Shown piece after piece: positions 61,383 through 64,000 of a DNA stretch of 64,000 nt. The DNA is from Amphiscolops sp. MND2022 (lineage: Eukaryota), in NCBI GenBank assembly GCA_964187785.1, contig OZ076409.1, positions 35,652,001 to 35,716,000 on the forward strand, written 5' to 3'. The notes beneath the pieces are model-generated. The model was not told the origin of the DNA, did not search any database, and was given only the letters and a program-made list of their open reading frames with translations. A program made the translations under genes and the position numbers. Each line of letters starts with the position of its first letter. Position 1 is the stretch's first letter.

Positions 61383-62584
61383 TTTTTTTGGTTCTGTGCC
61401 ATATTCGCATCATAGTAGGGTGACCAAGGTTGGGTCATCGGGTTGTATTGTGGCATCATCGGTGTAATCATCTGAGGTTGAGAGAATGACGGTTGGGGTT
61501 GGTAGTTGGAAAATTGTTGATAAGGTAATTGAGGCGGTTGGCGATTTTGTGGGCGAAACCAACATTGGGCAATTGTATGTCCAAATTTATTGCAGTGACT
61601 ACAATGGCGTTGAGAAGATTGAGCATTTCGATTGTTGTGGTTATTTCGTCCATTTTGCCAATTATTGTTGCGTTTCCCATTATTGTTGCGATTGTTATTG
61701 TTTTGGCGATTATTCCAGTTATTATTTCGCTTCTGGTTATTCCAATTCTGGTTATTACGTGGCTTGTTTTGTTGCTGATTTTGATTTTGAGAGTTTTGCT
61801 CGTTATTTTTCTGCTGGTTTTGATTTTGATTTTGCTGCATCAGCTGATTTATTGTAGGCTGAATGGTTTTGGTTAAATCTCTGATTTCTTCAGAAATTTT
61901 TGCAGTCTCTTGTTTCAAAGTATCATGAGCAACAGAGAGTGCTTGCAATCCTGACAAAAGTTCTTTATTTGAAGCTGGACTTACTTCATTGAATGCCGTA
62001 TCATCATCCTCTGGATAGAGGCGATCAACGATCATTCTACTGGCAGCTTTTGCGCAGAGATCCTCGATTGTCGTGTCTTCTGGCTGTGTCATCAGAAATC
62101 TTCTGAGTTTGATTGGCATTCCGTTTATGAATGCTTCTCGTACTCGTCTCGCTCTCTCGAGTGCTCTATTTTCAGCAGCAACTGCGGGTCGTCCTCCTGC
62201 AGCAGCTCTGGCAACGACGTTAGGGTAAGCCTCCAATGCCAAACGTTGGAGGTCAGTGAGGAAGTCTTGGGCACTTTCCTCGGACGATTTCAATTTTCTG
62301 GCTGAAAAGATGAGTTTCTGCAATTGAACGGGCTGGTCGTTCTGGTATCTCTCACGAAGTGCAGCTACGGCGAGATCATAGTCAACTCTCGTGGCTTCGG
62401 GCAGTTGATCGAAGAATGTTAATGCACCACCTTTAAGGTGCAAATGCAGATACTGATGACGATCAGCATCGGCAATGCCTGCAATTTGGATGCAGCTTGC
62501 AAGTTGTCTGAGGAACTCATTTAAATTTTCTTTTTCCGTACCCTTAAAGGGTTGAAGATTTACAAAAGGTTGAATTGCGGCCAT
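61379..62584 (-). CDS. gag: Gag (401 aa) with N/Q-rich region and one CCHC knuckle
   Basis: Capsid-like L.GGAL.FF...L.ERY...ES..DF...L..LA; CSHCNKFGHTIAQC zinc knuckle. Confidence 0.93.
   Translation of the reverse strand: MAAIQPFVNLQPFKGTEKENLNEFLRQLASCIQIAGIADADRHQYLHLHLKGGALTFFDQLPEATRVDYDLAVAALRERYQNDQPVQLQKLIFSARKLKSSEESAQDFLTDLQRLALEAYPNVVARAAAGGRPAVAAENRALERARRVREAFINGMPIKLRRFLMTQPEDTTIEDLCAKAASRMIVDRLYPEDDDTAFNEVSPASNKELLSGLQALSVAHDTLKQETAKISEEIRDLTKTIQPTINQLMQQNQNQNQQKNNEQNSQNQNQQQNKPRNNQNWNNQKRNNNWNNRQNNNNRNNNGKRNNNWQNGRNNHNNRNAQSSQRHCSHCNKFGHTIAQCWFRPQNRQPPQLPYQQFSNYQPQPSFSQPQMITPMMPQYNPMTQPWSPYYDANMAQNQKN
61382..61388 (-). promoter_or_regulatory. -1 ribosomal frameshift slippery heptamer A AAA AAC at the gag/pol junction
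   Basis: CAA AAA AAC TAG ends gag; the -1 frame is open through to the DTG protease motif. Confidence 0.8.
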
Positions 62585-62821
62585 TTAGAAAGAAGTATTG
62601 TTTTTTATCAAGAGCGATTTGAATTTGTCAGAAGAAAGCAATGAAATTTTGTTGAAATGAATTTTATTATTCAGTCAGCAGCAGAAGTGAAGAGAAGAGG
62701 TATTGTCAGCATTATCAGCAATCTGAGATGTTATTGTTAGTGAAGTGAGTTCACTGTAGAGAGAGTGGCACTTGAGCATTGTTATATTTTAAGTGATTTT
62801 GGTTTCTGGAGAAAAGGAGAA

Positions 62822-62836
62822 CAGCTCCTGTCACCA
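62822..62836 (-). promoter_or_regulatory. Primer binding site TGGTGACAGGAG (tRNA-Leu-like by inference)
   Basis: TGG directly follows the LTR-terminal ...GACA; resembles the Leu-type PBS TGGTGTCAGGAG. Confidence 0.75.
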
Positions 62837-63248
62837 TGTCATAGATCAAAGATTTAGGCAGAGCGGTGGAAAAGTTTTATTCATTTTGGCAATTCTTCTA
62901 GGAGCTGAAGGGTTCTCTCCTATAGAGATTCTCCGGAAAGTGAGAGTTGATGTTTTGAATAATTAATTAGAGTGTTTCAGAGAGATGAAGGTATTTACAA
63001 AATGTAAGAAGGAGTTTAGCATAGTTGAAGATATACTCAAAATATCGAAAAGAAATGATAGAGGTTCTGGTTGAACGTGTTTATAGTTCACTAGTTCTCT
63101 CAGTTGTGTCTTGGGTCCACTTCCAGTGCTACAGAGGCTTTCCCATCGTATGCGTGTTGATCTGTGATTGGCTGCCACATCTGATTAGTCCACGTCTGTC
63201 CTGAGAATACTTGAACGAAATTTTGTACATGATTCTTGTATCATGACA
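62837..63248 (-). repeat. 5' LTR (412 bp)
   Basis: Terminal inverted repeat TGTCAT...ATGACA; abuts the PBS on one side and interrupted HINE sequence on the other. Confidence 0.85.
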
Positions 63249-64000
63249 GGGACCCTTTGGGATTTATTAACATATATTCAGAGACCTTGAGACATTGAAA
63301 AAATTTCGGAAAAAAGTCGGACAGTGCCGAAGAAATCGAAAGGGGTGACCCTTTAGTCTCGTCCGGTTTTGTAGGTTACTTCAAAAAAGTTAAAAAAGAA
63401 AGGGATGACCCTTCGCACTAAGTTGGCACTGGCCGATTTGGCCTTAGGGAGTTTCAAGAGTTTCTCTAAAAAGTGAACCGATCAGTGTGAGGTCTGTGGT
63501 CTGAAGAAAAAAGTCATTGTTATAGTCGGGCATTTTTCCCTTAAAGGAAAAGCGCCGACTAAAAAACTACCCAGGTTGCAGAGGGGGCTTGTCAAAAAGG
63601 TGGGTAAGGTGTCGATACGCTACAAGCTGCAGAGCCTCCTTGCAGTGTCAATAACGGTCCTGTGAAAACAAATTTGAAAACCTCGGTAAGTGGAGGACTA
63701 ATTTCTAAAACAAAACACCGGATCGCAAAGTAGATGCTCGTCTATAAAACAGCGTATCACAATTGAGTTGCTCGTTATGAAATTACTGAGAGCTAGAGAG
63801 CCTCCCCCTTTGACGATTGCGCTCATAGAGGACTGGTTGGTTTTTGTTGACTTCCTTTCAGATTTTTTCTGGCTTAATAGGATTTAACAATGAAATTTTT
63901 CTTGGGAACATGGCTCTCTTGATAAGATCTTACCGTGGCAAAATGAATACCATGGCAAGACCTTGACAGGATCTTAGCCAAGATTGTTCCAAGATCTTAC

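Larger units (their letters stand above)
50921..63248 (-). mobile_element. Env-bearing Ty3/Gypsy (metavirus-like) element, near-intact ORFs, 5' LTR present, 3' LTR absent, inserted in a HINE-like repeat, probably within an SCLT1-like intron
   Basis: LTR-PBS-gag-PR-RT-RH-IN order followed by env; flanked by the two halves of one HINE copy (50799-50920 and 63249-63566). Confidence 0.95.

Overview
Repeat-rich animal (invertebrate-type) genomic window with spliceosomal introns and one 200-N scaffold gap (22626-22825). Host genes, all on the minus strand: a single-exon coiled-coil protein with a stand-alone dynein-stalk microtubule-binding-like domain (362-1417); an 11-exon WDFY1/2 (WD40-FYVE) gene (2704-32949) with a 20-kb TE-filled intron; and the 3' five exons of an SCLT1-like gene (46672-50026). 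The rest is mostly nested transposons: many copies of a non-autonomous Helentron/HINE-like repeat, two decayed Ty3/Gypsy elements, an inverted-duplicated EnSpm/CACTA transposase relic and a ~1.63-kb tandem triplication. The highlight is a near-intact retrovirus-like Ty3/Gypsy element (50921-63248, minus: LTR-PBS-gag-pro-pol-env with a class I fusogen-like Env). Between pol and env, on the opposite strand, it carries a 5-exon gene that the ORF track shows only as fragments. This gene encodes a 356-aa protein with an integrase/Ginger-type H2C2 zinc-binding module followed by an OTU (deubiquitinase-like) domain; a small antisense transmembrane ORF lies just upstream. Exon models were assembled by eye from GT-AG sites and frame continuity; homology calls come from recalled motifs, not database searches.
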